Positions 1 through 12,988 of a DNA stretch of 64,000 nucleotides are shown in pieces. Each line of letters opens with the position of its first letter. Positions within the stretch are counted from its first letter, which is position 1. The notes beneath the pieces are model-generated. The model was not told the DNA's origin. It saw nothing but the letters and a program-made list of their open reading frames with translations, and did no database searches. Source of the DNA: Eledone cirrhosa (Eukaryota); NCBI GenBank assembly GCA_964016885.1, contig OZ024750.1, forward strand, positions 21,142,001 through 21,206,000. The letters run 5' to 3'. The position numbers and the translations under genes are program-made.

Positions 1-222
1 TCCCCTACATACAAACGTGACGGTTTAATTTTTAGAGAATAATACTATCATACGTGGAAATTGCAGATATTTTGATTTGTATTTCAATTAGAATAGCAAT
101 ATAATAAAACATAGGTACTATATACTGTAGCCAGTCTTTGTTATGACATTATGATACTCTATATATATGAATCAGTGTAGTTATTAATTGTACACTAATC
201 TAGCATAATTATGATCATTAAA

Positions 223-465
223 TACGGACTGAGTTCAAATCTCGCCGAGGTTAACTTTGCCTTTCATCTTTAAGGGGTCGATAGAATAAAGTACCAGTAA
301 TACACTGGGATAATTGCTGGCCTTGTGCCAAATGTAGAAACAATTATGATAATTAAATATCGCCGAGGTTAACTTTGCCATTCATCCTTACCAGGTCGAT
401 AAGATAAAGTACCAGTAATGCGCTGGGATAATCGGTGTCCCTGTGCCAAATGTAGAACTAATTAT
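223..465 (+). mobile_element. Two tandem 5'-truncated copies of tRNA-derived SINE family A
   Basis: gagttcaaatctcgccgaggttaactttgcctttcatc...gtaccagtaatacactgggataattgctggccttgtgccaaatgtagaaac at 223-345, restarting at 361; matches the fuller copy at 7758. Confidence 0.85.
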
Positions 466-527
466 GAATATTTGAAAATAGATAAGTCATTGTCATTTAT
501 TTTATGTGAAATATGGACATAAGACTA

Positions 528-1140
528 GGCGCGTGGTTTAATTGTAAGAGTATTCATCTTATGATCTTGAAGACATGAACTGTATTTAAACCGTGTATTG
601 TGTCCTTGGGGGAATCGTTTTTTTTTTATGATGCTCCAGCCCACAGTTGGCGCAATTAAATGGAACTTATACCGGCAATTCAAAAACCAGATTTCTCACA
701 CAATGTGTCTCGTAGACATTATCACCCTGAGAACTAAGATGGTAAGTGGTGGTACATGTTCCTATGGAATAATCAACCAGTTGTAAGTAGATTTCATGAT
801 TATGCTTTTCTGATAGCGGAAACAATGGAGGTCATTCAAGGAAAAGACTATCATATAACGTGCTAGTGTTGACATACACTTGATCTACCTGATTAAGTTA
901 AAGGTCCGTCAGTCACAGCTACAAACACTGCCAGTCTTGTTTTATATTGACCCCTTCCTGATATCTACGTTAAACTTAGGTAACAGCTACAAATCAGGTC
1001 AGCCACGTTGCATATCTTGCCACGTTGGACCTCTCTCTGTGAGAAGTACGTTAAGAATATACTTGTCTGTGGAATGCTCATGGAAACTTGTAAATTAATT
1101 TCACAATCTTTTATTCCCTTGATATGAAAAAAATGGAAGA
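528..1140 (+). mobile_element. Degenerate tRNA-head SINE remnants (family B-like head plus a long tail)
   Basis: ggcgcgtggtttaattgtaagag head and tgtgtccttggg core; tail gagaagtacgttaagaatatacttgtctgtggaatgctca...ttaatttcac recurs in degenerate form at about 1690-2030 and 37120-37220. Confidence 0.5.
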
Positions 1141-1217
1141 CTCCCTGAAAATAGACATGAACTAAGATCAGCCATTAATATTAGAACGTGGGTAGTGTAT
1201 CCGATATGAATTATAAA

Positions 1218-1411
1218 GGGCGGTGGGTTGGTAGTATCGGTAGAGTGTTGGACACCCTGCTTTGTCGCATAGAGTTACTGCCATTTACGTTCTGAGTTCA
1301 AAGTCCACCGAGGTTAACTTTGCCTTTCATCCTTACGGGGACGATAAAGTGAAACACCAGTAATGCACTAGGATAATTGCTGGCCTTGTCCTAAAACTAG
1401 ACACAGTTATT
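1218..1411 (+). mobile_element. SINE family A, full length
   Basis: gggcggtgggttggtagtatcggtagag (A-box-like), gagttcaaagtcc (B-box-like), central gcctttcatccttacgggg domain and 3' tail. Confidence 0.85.
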
Positions 1412-3016
1412 AATTATAAATCAATAACGCATAATAAAAATGATAAAACTTTATATATAAACGACACAATATATTTCCCTTGTCATTGGTTTTCTAATAT
1501 AGAAATAAGTGAAAGTGTAAGGATCGGATGTAAAGGGATTATGTCGCACGATTGATTTCTGGCAGCGTTGTGAGCATGAGCAAGACACTATAATCCGTGT
1601 TGCACCAGACGAACAGTTGATACATTACAAAAGTGAGCCGTACTTGTAAAGCAAATGGCCAGCATTGTCAAAAATCCTTTCTCAGCGTAATGGTACATTT
1701 CCCTCGCTGATCACGTTAATTGTGCAAGTTCGTGGAATGATCATCCACTTTTACATTAATTTCATGAGCACGATATTCTGACAGTTTTCATCAGAAACAG
1801 TGGTATCCCTATAACTATACACCTGCTATAGACTGGAGTCATTTGTCTTATACATATTCTCGAGGAAAACTATGTTACGGGTATGCAGTTGTCATATGCA
1901 TAGCTAGTCATCTCACACACTGGATATCATTGATACATGCATGACGAGTACACGTAGCTGTGGATTGATCATTCATGAGCAAGTTGTTATTCCATTGATA
2001 TGGAAAATTAGAACACACACCGTTGGAATCGACAGAGGCTGAACATAAACACAACCGCCCCAAACTAAAACCACCCTTAATTGTTGAAACTCAGATACTG
2101 TATCTGATATGAATCCGTGTAGTTATTAATTGTAAAGCAATCATGCATCATTAAAAATATAAAACTATATTTGTTACCGACACAATACATTATTTTCATT
2201 GTCATTCATTTTAAAAGTAATATAGAAATAATTGTAGTGAAAATTCAAAATTACTTGGCGATTCATTGGCAACAGGAAGAGGTGTGGATAAAATAATATG
2301 ACAGATTTTATCATTAATTTAATTACGGACACTTTATTTTGCTGTCTATCATTAAACTATCTGTCAGAACGTTTATCAATTTGGATAATTTGAGAAAGTA
2401 AACCAATGAGAGATATTTACAATGCTAATTGAAACTATGTAACTAAACATCGGCTAGAAAAACACCGACGAATGAAATTGTTAATTGTTTCATTCAGGTT
2501 CTAAATATTGCTGTTTGTGTGTATGTGTGTGTGTTTGCGTTCATGCACGTATGTATATATGTATGATTATATTATCAATACATAATGTAGGTAGGTGTAT
2601 ATATATATATGTATATACTCACATACAGAGTTACAAACGTATGTTATGTTGTCTATAGTAGAATATGACAGCGTCTAGACTACCATACAAACATTATCAC
2701 ACAAAGAAGGCACACATAGATATATTTAATTACCACGATAGTCATACACAATATATTTTAACAAAACTTATTTACCTTATCTTCCTTAATATAACTTAAT
2801 GTATAATATATATACATCAATATAAATTTTTATGTGTTGTGCGGTGTACTAAAAGATGGGTATAACAATTTATTGCAAGGAATTATATATTTAATTACAA
2901 TAAATGTTAGATATGTGACTGCGATTACAGTAGCGTAGATATTCCAGTTTGTTTTATTCAATATCTAATGTGCATCGTTGATACTATAGTCATAACATGA
3001 TAATATAGAATAGAAA

Positions 3017-3189
<173 letters not shown>

Positions 3190-3539
3190 CTTATTATGAC
3201 CAAATGATTGGCCTTGTTTCTGTGGAGTTTCACCTATGTACTCATAGGATCAGCAAACAGATCACCCTATGTGACTACAGGTCACAGAACAGAATAAACC
3301 CACAAGAAGGTATATTTAAGCTCTATTTAAGTAGTGACTACTCAGTCTTACATCGGTCAACACCATTCCTTGTTTAAGCCATCCCTGCTATATTTTCACC
3401 GAAAATGCCCGACAGCCATAACAGCACAGTTTGTCTTCTATCTCTGTGGCCTCTATTCCTCCTCCCTCTAGATATATATAAATATCGAACTATACAAGAA
3501 TTAATTGGGTTTCAATATGCTTTTAAACCAAACAAAAAG

Positions 3540-3630
3540 CAGTTCTAATTATAGATATATTAAAATGTTATACACTTCTATGCATTGGGTATCTTACTTA
3601 CTGTGCTTACCCCCGATTGAACCTGGGATA
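3540..3630 (+). mobile_element. FB-C element, 3' tail fragment
   Basis: ttgggtatcttacttactgtgcttacccccgattgaacctgggata matches 42730-42770 and the reverse complement of 27348-27390; followed by (TA)n. Confidence 0.65.
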
Positions 3631-3634
3631 CACA

Positions 3635-3918
<284 letters not shown>

Positions 3919-4403
3919 TAGAGAGAGAGAGAGAAATATGCTATGGGTGTGCTTGCTGGAGTTTGATTAGGAACCACTAAATCTACAGAGAATTATTGAC
4001 TGCTATATACTGCTTAGATATAATATCATTATTCGTATTATCCAAAAATGTTCGTTTTGAGATTTTGATGTTGGTAGCTCATGTAATTAATCACGATTAA
4101 TAACCATCATGTACATATAGCATCCCACATACACCCGGCATGATTCCACATTGCTTTGCCATACCAAATACCAGTACAAAAGCGGTCCTTATACAAAGCT
4201 GCAGTGTAATAAAATGTAAGAAGGAACCAGACGATAGGAACGAACGTCGTACACAAAAAGTACGAAGCAAACATCTCCTTTATAGATTCAGTTTCTGGGG
4301 TATGTAGGGTAAGAACGGAGGTGATTGGCATGGTTGTTATTAATGATTGCTCTCATCCTTGGCTGGTTGTAATCAGTCAACCTCAGATGAAATCCATTTC
4401 CAT

Positions 4404-4566
4404 GGTCGGACGCCATGCTTTCTAGCATAGTTACGTCCCTTTACGATCTGAGTTCAAACCCCGCCGAGGTTGACTTTGCCTTTCATCCTTACGGGGTCGA
4501 TAAAATAAAGTACCAGTAATGCACTGGGTAATTGCTGGCCTTGTGCCTAAAGTAGAAACAATCATT
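4404..4566 (+). mobile_element. SINE family A, 5' truncated
   Basis: ggtcggacgccatgctttctagc...gagttcaaaccccgccgaggttgactttgcctttcatccttacggggtcgataaaataaagtaccag...gtagaaacaat. Confidence 0.88.
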
Positions 4567-5017
4567 ACTCTACTATTGTTCCATACATAATTTGCTAACA
4601 AATACATTAGTGTCCCTTATGTTGACTTTTATATTATAGATGTAATATTAAAGAAATTATAATTTCGTTTCTAGCAAATTAAATATTGTGGTGGATTCTT
4701 ATAATTGGTTTGGGTGGAGGGTGTGGTTGTAATTGTGTTTTTGCTGTGTTCATCACTGTTGGCTTTAACTTCCATGACACCTATATCAATCGCTGGAATG
4801 CATTTCATCCATGACAATACTATTTTAATGTCAGTAACATTATATTACCCATGTTCTTATTTAAGAGCATAGAAAATGATTTGCTAGTGATTTTGCTGCT
4901 TCTTCATGCAGATCGATCGACCACGTTCACGCAATGAATATACATCACATTGAATGTATATATAATAGTGTACGCATGGATGGTATTGCAAAGTAGGGTG
5001 TATGGAAGAACATAACA

Positions 5018-5101
<84 letters not shown>

Positions 5102-5108
<7 letters not shown>

Positions 5109-5470
5109 ACTCTCCCGTTGATTCGAAGAATGAGGGTTCATCGGTCTATTCAGTCCATAATGTTATATTATCCCTCAAATGGCATTTCAATACACCAGCC
5201 GGTTTACACATCAATCTGCATGTAATGCAGGTGACGGGATCTTGAAAGGAGCAGGTTGGAATGCCTGACCGGATATTGGTGTCAGATCTCATCTCTCAGA
5301 GGTGGGCTAAATGAGATTTCTCAAAGTTCGTTATACCTTCGTACCAGATTGTTCTCCATCTATTAAAGTTGGCAGTCATGGGTTCAAAGAAAGAAAACGG
5401 AACGTTGACAGATTTAAGATTGTACTTCAGTTTGTCCTTATATCAGAGTTGTGGCCTGCCTCTGCATAAC
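5102..5470 (-). mobile_element. RTE-clade LINE 3' end fragment (decayed ORF C-terminus plus 3' UTR)
   Basis: Minus-strand translation [46 protein letters not shown] resembles the RTE/BovB C-terminal GRP..RYKD.LK...WR...G...FE motif; abuts (TA)n. Confidence 0.75.
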
Positions 5471-5502
5471 ATCCTGGAACTGACTGTACAACAGTACCTT
5501 AG

Positions 5503-5574
<72 letters not shown>

Positions 5575-5639
5575 GTGAAAAAATATGTAAAGGAGAACAA
5601 ACCGTTAAAACATGTTTATTTAAAAAGCACCTACGTACG

Positions 5640-5695
<56 letters not shown>

Positions 5696-5701
5696 ATATA
5701 T

Positions 5702-5860
5702 ATTGTTATACTTTGGGAGGGTCGTGTTGCCAATAAGAAACACACGCACCAGTAACTTTCAACTTTCACTCCAATTTATTATAAATTACATTTATAAATT
5801 TAAGAATTTATAAATTTCCGGTTGGTTGGCTGGTTCCATAACCGGACGGTTGTTCATATC
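5702..5860. mobile_element. FB-D element (inverted arm plus unrelated segment) between TA tracts
   Basis: ttgttatactttgggagggtcgtgttgccaataagaaacacacgcacca is the reverse complement of 20007-20052 and starts like the copy at 41495. Confidence 0.7.
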
Positions 5861-5894
<34 letters not shown>

Positions 5895-7308
5895 CGTATG
5901 TGCGTGCGTGTGTGTGTATATGTGTGTGATTGTGTGTGTGAATGATTATCTGTAAAAGATAGTACAGTAACATGCATCTACTATGCACTCTATGAAAAAT
6001 ATAAAATAGATAGTATTGGATCATATTTCGCGCACCACCGAATGTACGAACGACACTTCAATAGAGAGTAAGGTTGCATAAATCACTCTATAGATAGGAT
6101 TATACCGTACGTGAGAATATAGTAACATATATCACACTATGTATTGATACTACTGTAAAAGACAGAGTATAGTAGAATAATTCATGCACAATGATACTGT
6201 ATGATAACTTCCAATATTTTGTATGTATAAATGATACTCTAAAATATAGCAGTAGCACATACCACTTTATAGTATGAATGATAGTCTACAATAGAGAGAA
6301 TGGGAGCATTCAACACACTGTGCATGTAAATACTATATAATATACAGTATCATATACAGAACGCTCTACATGTGAATAATATTGTAGAACTATCTGAGAA
6401 TAGTGTACATGTGGTACTTAAGATAACTATGAATAAACAACAACCGAATCTAGTATAGAGCAAGTATGAAAATTATGCGAACATTTTTTCTAAAATATAT
6501 GTCACCCTGCATAAAAAAGAGACGTTTTTTTATCTTTCATATTAAACATTTTTTTTTTTTTAATTACCTAAATTTCACAAAGAATGCTTTTATTTGTTTT
6601 GTATTGTTTTGATTTTTTTGTTTTTTTTTTCATATATTTAAATTTATTTCTTTTGTAAAGTAGCTGAAATTTTCCAGCCAAGTTTCTTCCAGCAGAACGA
6701 AATGTATATAAATAATTTATGAGGAGAGCACAAACATAGAACCATTAATAAAAACATTACGCTATAACTCAGCAGTGGACAGAGAAATCGCTGCGGGACG
6801 GATGAGCGGGGTAAGATGGAAGAGAGGGTGAGAGAGAGAGATGGGAAGAGAGAGAAAGATGAGACTTTGAAATGATGTTCCAGCGAGATTGAAACAAGAC
6901 ATGCTTTGCCGTAATTTCATAAACTTGATCATGACTTGCAAGATGAAATCTAATTTTATCTTGGCTCTACACGTAACGCAATGAAGCCCAACTGTACAAC
7001 AGTTGCTTTACCATCTCAATGTAAATATGCACGTTTGTACAGATATAGATTGATGTGAAGTGTTTTATCAATAATTTCATATACGACTATTTATAAAAAG
7101 AGTTGGATAACTTAAATACATATTTGACTCCTGGGATAGAAACAATATAAACATTACCACGTTTTATATGTTAACCTACTAATAGTCAGATTGCAAACAA
7201 CACATGCAAAACATGATATCCCTTTTTGAATTACGTGTGCTATGGTTAGGTGTGCTACACGAAATCGCAAATTATATATCCTCTTACCATACACACACAG
7301 GTTCACCT

Positions 7309-7369
<61 letters not shown>

Positions 7370-7371
7370 CA

Positions 7372-7574
7372 TAGTAAAAATAATAAATGTGAAGACTAAA
7401 GTCCAAAGAGGGCTCGATAAGGATAAATATATATAAAATATATAAGAACCATAGAGCAAATATTCATTAAAATAACATAGACTCGCTGATTTTACCCTTA
7501 ACGGGATCTTCAGTAGATTCCGTTAGGGGTGAAATCACCGATTCTTTGCTTAAACTTTAATCTGTTATTTTAAT
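7372..7574 (-). mobile_element. FB-B fold-back element in (TA)n with hammerhead-like motif
   Basis: Tail gaagactaaagtccaaagagggctcgataaggataaat; minus strand CTGAAGA-tcccgttaaggg-tAAAA-tcagcgagTC; inverted arm ends ttattttaat then (AT)n. Confidence 0.8.
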
Positions 7575-7594
7575 ATATATATATATATATATAT

Positions 7595-7718
7595 CAATGA
7601 AAAAAACTAGATGTCGTACACGTTCTACTTTTGAAAAGCATAAGAACTGTGAAACAGGTAAAGGAAACAAATAAATATTCTTAAAAAGACACCAATTGCA
7701 TTTTTGATTTCTTTTCCT
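7595..7718 (+). mobile_element. FB-E element between TA tracts with UUGAAAA-type minimal hammerhead motif (7627-7664)
   Basis: actt-TTGAAAA-gca taagaac tgt-GAAA-cagg-TA-aagg; homologous to the reverse complement of 17505-17650. Confidence 0.7.
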
Positions 7719-7757
7719 TATATATATAAATATTATTATTACTATATATACATAGGA

Positions 7758-7952
7758 GGGCGGTGGATTGGCCGTATCGGTAGAGGGTCGGACGCCATGC
7801 TTTGCAGCAAAGTGTTACTTCCCTTTACGGACTGAGTTCAAATCCCGCCGAGGTTAACTTTGCCTTTCATCCTTACGGGGTCGATAAAATAACGTACCAG
7901 TAATACACTGGGATAATTGCCGGCCTTGTGCCAAAAAGTAGAAACAATTATT
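7758..7952 (+). mobile_element. SINE family A, full length (reference copy in this window)
   Basis: tggattggccgtatcgg A-box-like, gagttcaaatccc B-box, gcctttcatccttacggggtcgataaaat central domain, AT-rich tail. Confidence 0.9.
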
Positions 7953-9353
7953 ACTATATATAGTAATAATAATAATATATAATTCCGGGTAATATGTATA
8001 TATATATATATATATATGTGTGTAGGGGGTGTGTGCGCATGTGTGTGGGGGGGGTGTATTACCCGAAATACAGGATGTACGGATAGAAACATAACCCAGT
8101 GGAAAGGTAAACTTGCCCAAAATAACCCTTAGGTCATGGCGATACACGGAATCATTCAGGATTTCAAGCACATATATAAACAAAATAATTTCAGACATAT
8201 GCTGATAATATTTGCCCATGTGTATTTGTGTCTATTGTAATATTTCAATTTTTGTACACATTATTATTATGCATACATATTTCGTCTAATTGACAGAATG
8301 ATGAGATAATAGGTTCACTATATTTTGCTATGATATCCCTGTATATCTATAAAGATGTATATGCTGTGTATATATTGCGTGTATTTGCAATGTGTATCAT
8401 GTGGTGTTTGTTTTTTTTTCTTTTTAGTCTGGACGTGAGTATGTTTTGTAAATTCCAAGAACCATTCTGATTTATCTTTCTTTTTGACAATCATAGACAT
8501 CATTAAAATTCATCTCAAGCTAACCTGAATCACTAAAATATCGAAAGAAGCTTTTATCCTGGTTATATAGTTTTATATCCGTATATATATTATTTTTTAA
8601 TCGGTATATTTCATTCTAGAAATATCCCAAATTTTAATTATCTTTAAGTTTATTCTCTTTTTTTAGTATCAAATATCTTCTTTTACTTCTGCATTGTTTT
8701 GCTATCATTTTATTCTGCTTAATTCTTCATTGAATAGCATCTTCCATTATATACATTAGACCTAACATGTTTTGTTTTGCTAGAACATATTGTTAAATCA
8801 TGTTATATTATTCACCAAATGCTAGTTGGTTACGTGTTCGATATTATAACACGAGACATAAGAGCCATTATAAGCATTTAATCATTATAGAAAACATGGG
8901 TTGTTAATCTCTTTTTCTTGGAATTAACAGTATCAACCTTAACCCATGTCCGACCAGAATTCTCTCACCTCTTCCTTTTCAACCTGGCTGTGTCTGCCTC
9001 TCATACTGATTTTAAGGTAAGGTACTCAAAATAAAGTCACACAGATTCGATATTATAAGAGATAAGTATGTAAGGTAAAGCTTTTACGGTGAAAATATAA
9101 AAGTAAACATAAAGGTTGATTGAGAAGGTGGAATTGTCTGATTTACGTTGTTGTTGTTTTTTACGGTGTCTTTCACCTGTTTGTCCCTGTGTTTAGAATT
9201 CATACTCGAATGACATAGGCATAGAGGCTTATTCTTTGAAGTGGTTGTTTCAAATATAAGGTTACCTAACATATCCTAACAACAAATAAGTAAGCAAAGG
9301 TATATATGAATAGATATATACTATATATACTGTATATGGTATATATATCACTA

Positions 9354-9388
<35 letters not shown>

Positions 9389-9454
9389 CTATACTTAGTA
9401 TATATAACTATATATACCAAAGTAATCTTCTATTTTCCAATTTTTTGCATATTC

Positions 9455-9522
9455 CGCATCTTAATTAGACATAGAAATAACTTCTACAGGACGTGAACTC
9501 TTTCATTCGTATGAAATCATCA
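9455..9522 (-). mobile_element. FB-C fragment with hammerhead-like core
   Basis: Minus strand gTGATGA-tttcatacgaat-GAAA-gagttcacgTC-ctgtagaag matches the family C core. Confidence 0.6.
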
Positions 9523-9569
9523 CTCTCTCTCTTTCTCTCTACCTATCTATATATTTATTTATCTATCTT

Positions 9570-9850
9570 CACCAACTTATACCTGGGCTGTCGAGTCCTC
9601 CAACGTTCCTTTCAACTAGTCCTGCCAGAAGTAACCGTCTCCAATTGATCCGGCAGGATCCCAAGTGAGACCAGCTGAGCTGATGAATATAAGACCAATA
9701 TCTTGCTAGGGGTCGACGTCTGAGTCTCCTGCTCGTTGGTTTTGAACATAAAATCTGTCCAGATATTCTTTCCTCAGACATTCTAACCGGATGCTCATAG
9801 TATCGCAACTGTGATCTCTCACTTCAGAGAAGCAGCATCTCTACTCGGTG
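9570..9850 (-). mobile_element. RTE-clade LINE C-terminal fragment
   Basis: RSQLRYYEHPVRMSEERISGQILCSKPTSRRLRRRPLARYWSYIHQLSWSHLG resembles the RTE pattern QLRWFGHVxRMxxxRxxxxxL...RxRGRPxxRW. Confidence 0.75.
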
Positions 9851-10015
9851 TGAGTCTCTATCGAGTAACGTTATTCCAAAGCCCGTTGATTTTATACCAA
9901 TAAAATAGTGTTACTACTCTGGAATTAAATTCTATATGTAATAAATATGACTATACTCTACCAACAAATTGAGAAGCTTCTTCAACTGTGGTTACACCAC
10001 AGCACTACTCGGATA

Positions 10016-10042
<27 letters not shown>

Positions 10043-10064
<22 letters not shown>

Positions 10065-10690
10065 TTGTCCCTGAGCTTCTTCTCAATCTCAGACTGGATC
10101 CTGTTAAGAATCATCCTGTTGAGGGTCTTTGCCGCAGGTGACGACAGTGAGATCCCACTGTAGTTGTTGTTGTTAGAGAGCTCTCCCTTCTTTGGCACTG
10201 GGACGATGTTACTGATCATCCACTGATTCGGGGCAACTCCTTTCTCCAGTGCCTGGTTACAGAACCCCAGGATGATTTCATCAAAATCACACCTCTTCAT
10301 CACCTCTGATGCCACTCCATCTTCTCCATGAGCCTTGCCCTCCTTGATCCTCTTCTTGGCTCTCTGAAGCTCCTATCTGGTGAAGGCCTCTATCTCAATG
10401 TCCAGTTCCTTTAACAGCCGCCTGATCTCCCCAGTGATCTGGGCTGTGGAGGGTGACTCTCCTAGTATGGTCCTAAAATGGTCTAGCCATTTCCCCTTCC
10501 TATCTTTGGGCCCCGTTCCTTGGATCTGATTTGAACAACTTCTCTTCCTCCCTGTGATCTCGTTGATCATCCAGCTCTCCTTACATCCAGACCTGTCAAC
10601 CGCTCTTTCCACACTTCTGATCTTCTCTATCAGTGCCTCCTCTCTGGCCTCAGTGTAAGCGGTACAGAGTTCTTCCCTCATTACCTCAAC
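10043..10690 (-). mobile_element. RTE-clade LINE, inverted 5' segment (region upstream of RT plus the first RT motifs, disrupted)
   Basis: KEGKAHGEDGVASEVMK...PNQWMISNIVPVPKKGELSNNNNYSGISLSSPAAKTLNRMILNRI contains the KAxGxDG, PKKG and NYRxISL non-LTR RT motifs. Confidence 0.9.
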
Positions 10691-11130
10691 CGCTTCATTG
10701 CTGTAGTGGAGTCTGTGCTGCTGTACGGATGTGAGACTTAGACAATGACCAAGAAACTCACTCAGATGGTGGATGGGTGCTACACGAGAATGCTGAGGAT
10801 GGCTCTGAACCATTAAGCAGTATACACTGAGGATGAAAAACTCAGAGCTGTATGGGAGCCTCCCAAAGGTCAGCTCAAAAGTGACACCAGAGGATACTGA
10901 GGTTTACTGGACATGCTCACCGACATCCAGAGTTGACATTGCACTCAGTGCTCCTGTGGGATCCCCTACATGGACACACTGGAAGAGGAAGACCAAGGTT
11001 AACGTATGTTAATGCCCTAAGGACAGACACTGGTCTGTTGGAGACGCAGGACATGGCAGCAATAATGAGGGACAGAGACCGCTGGAGAGAACTCGTTCAT
11101 GGATCTCGGGAATTCTACCCGCTCTAGAAA
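10691..11130 (+). mobile_element. RTE-clade LINE, sense 3' segment (C-terminal region, disrupted)
   Basis: FIAVVESVLLYGCET*TMTKKLTQMVDGCYTRMLRMALN and VLLWDPLHGHTGRGRPRLTYVNALRTDTG...MRDRDRWR*. Confidence 0.9.
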
Positions 11131-12079
11131 ACATATATATATATATTTATACTTATAATAAAAAACATTTTCAAAAAAGAATGTTTCTTTTATGAATGTA
11201 ACGTATATATGGCAAGGGTTAAGAAGATATAGAACTATCATGTGTGATCAGTTTAAGTGAAAACTCCCAACACCTTAGTGTCTCATAATGTCAATGTAGG
11301 CATAACAGATACTGCACGTTTCTGAAACAAGTTTATCTCTTTACAAAATAAAAATAAATACAGGTCACAGCGTGAGAGTGTAATCCAACGGAAACGTTGT
11401 AGTAGAGAAATATATTAACTATTCAGTTATCGATGAAACGTGTGTGTTAGAGACGAAAATCTTGAAACGAAATTACATGAGGATTATCTCGAAATGTAAT
11501 AATGTCTTACAAGAATGGAAACTGTGTGATATTTTTCTTTATATTTTCGTTTTCTTTATATTTTCGTTACTGTAAAAAATCAAGTATCGAGACACAGACG
11601 CTGACGTACATCCTTCGAACATAATTGCATTTAAATAACAGGAGAGAAATGAAAAATACGTTGTGAGAGAACCATAGATAGAGATACACAGCAAAAGAAT
11701 TAGATAAAAAGATATATTGAGTGATGTTAAGGGAGGGGAGAGAACGAGAGAAGGAGTGTGAGTGTGATTGGCTCAAAATCAAACTATCTGGCACGACTTT
11801 TGCTACTGAAAAGTTATCAGACTGACTTTGGATAACAAAAGGATACAACGAATATACAAGAGCGAACATCCAATTGAAGATGTCTTCCTTTCCCTGTAGA
11901 CTATGGCGCCAAGAAAACCGATCATATCAGGCAAGAAAATGAATAAATATAACGACTAGATTGTTCTACGTCTCAGCAAAAAGAACATTTCTTCCTTAAT
12001 TTCTCCGTTAAGCTCACACATGCAAATGGCATGTTGTATGTACTGTATATATATATATATAATATTTATATATATACAC

Positions 12080-12129
<50 letters not shown>

Positions 12130-12172
12130 GTATATATGTTTATATATATATACGTATATCTATATATATATA

Positions 12173-12415
12173 TAGAAGTAGTTCCACAACAGTTAGTTCA
12201 CCATACCGAGAACAATTGTTTCACTTTATTCGGATCCTCAGCTTCGACTGAATGAAGTTGTAAGAGGAAGAAAGAACAACTGTACCGAGCTGATGATCCT
12301 AATAAGGTGAAACTATTGTTCTCAGTATGGTGAACTGTTGTGGAACTACTTCTACCAAACTCGTCCCATGGACTGAGTGTTCTACTACTACATATATAAC
12401 CCACCAGTGTTCTAC

Positions 12416-12420
<5 letters not shown>
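12173..12420 (+). mobile_element. FB-F fold-back element in (TA)n with a hammerhead motif on each strand
   Basis: Inverted arms 12173-12243 and 12287-12354, about 66 nt unpaired tail, TA tracts on both sides. Confidence 0.85.
12283..12327 (+). ncRNA. Minimal type-I hammerhead ribozyme motif
   Basis: taccgag-CTGATGA-tcc taataa gg t-GAAA-ctattg-TT-ctcagta; stem I 7 bp with 1 mismatch; the opposite-arm copy reads CTGAGGA...GAAA-caattg-TT-ctcggta with a palindromic stem III. Confidence 0.75.
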
Positions 12421-12457
<37 letters not shown>

Positions 12458-12459
<2 letters not shown>

Positions 12460-12657
12460 CGAAGGAAATGTGGTAAGGAACCAGATGGACCATAATGCAC
12501 CAAAGTACTCAATACTTAGGGTAGTAGAGTGGGTAATAGAAACGAGTAGGACCCCGACGGCTGAGCTCAAGCCGTTTCGACGGCTAATTCTGGACTCTGA
12601 GTCCGGAATTAGCCGTCGAAACGGCTTGAGCTCAGCCGTCGGGGTCCTACTCGTTCC

Positions 12658-12661
<4 letters not shown>
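12458..12661 (-). mobile_element. FB-A fold-back element in (TA)n
   Basis: 77-nt tail aacgaaggaaatgtgg...gggt, then a near-perfect palindrome 12535-12661 centred on 12598; contains GAAA-cggct tgagctc agccg-TC (hammerhead 3' half). Confidence 0.9.
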
Positions 12662-12709
<48 letters not shown>

Positions 12710-12723
12710 TTATTTATATATAC

Positions 12724-12765
12724 ATGATGGCTGCCCGCTCGTTATCGAGTATGGCTATTGCACGA
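12724..12765 (-). mobile_element. Short RTE-type 3' tail
   Basis: atgatggctgcccgctcgttatcgagtatggctattgcacga; near reverse complement at 47497-47541; similar to the LINE end at 5102. Confidence 0.55.
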
Positions 12766-12811
12766 AAAAAAAAACATAATAACAATAATGACAATAATAG
12801 TAATAATAATA

Positions 12812-12988
12812 ATTTCTACTTTTGGCACAAGGTCATCAATTAACCAGTACATTACTGGTACTTTATTTTATCAACCCCATAAGGATGAAAGGCAAAGTTA
12901 ACCTCGACGGGATTTGAACACAGACCGTAACGTGACGTAACTATGTTAGAAATCATGGCATCCAAACCTCAACCGATACTGCCAATTC
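12812..12988 (-). mobile_element. SINE family A
   Basis: Reverse complement of the family A sequence (tttctacttttggcacaagg...ggatgaaaggcaaagttaacctcg...ccgatactgccaa). Confidence 0.85.
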
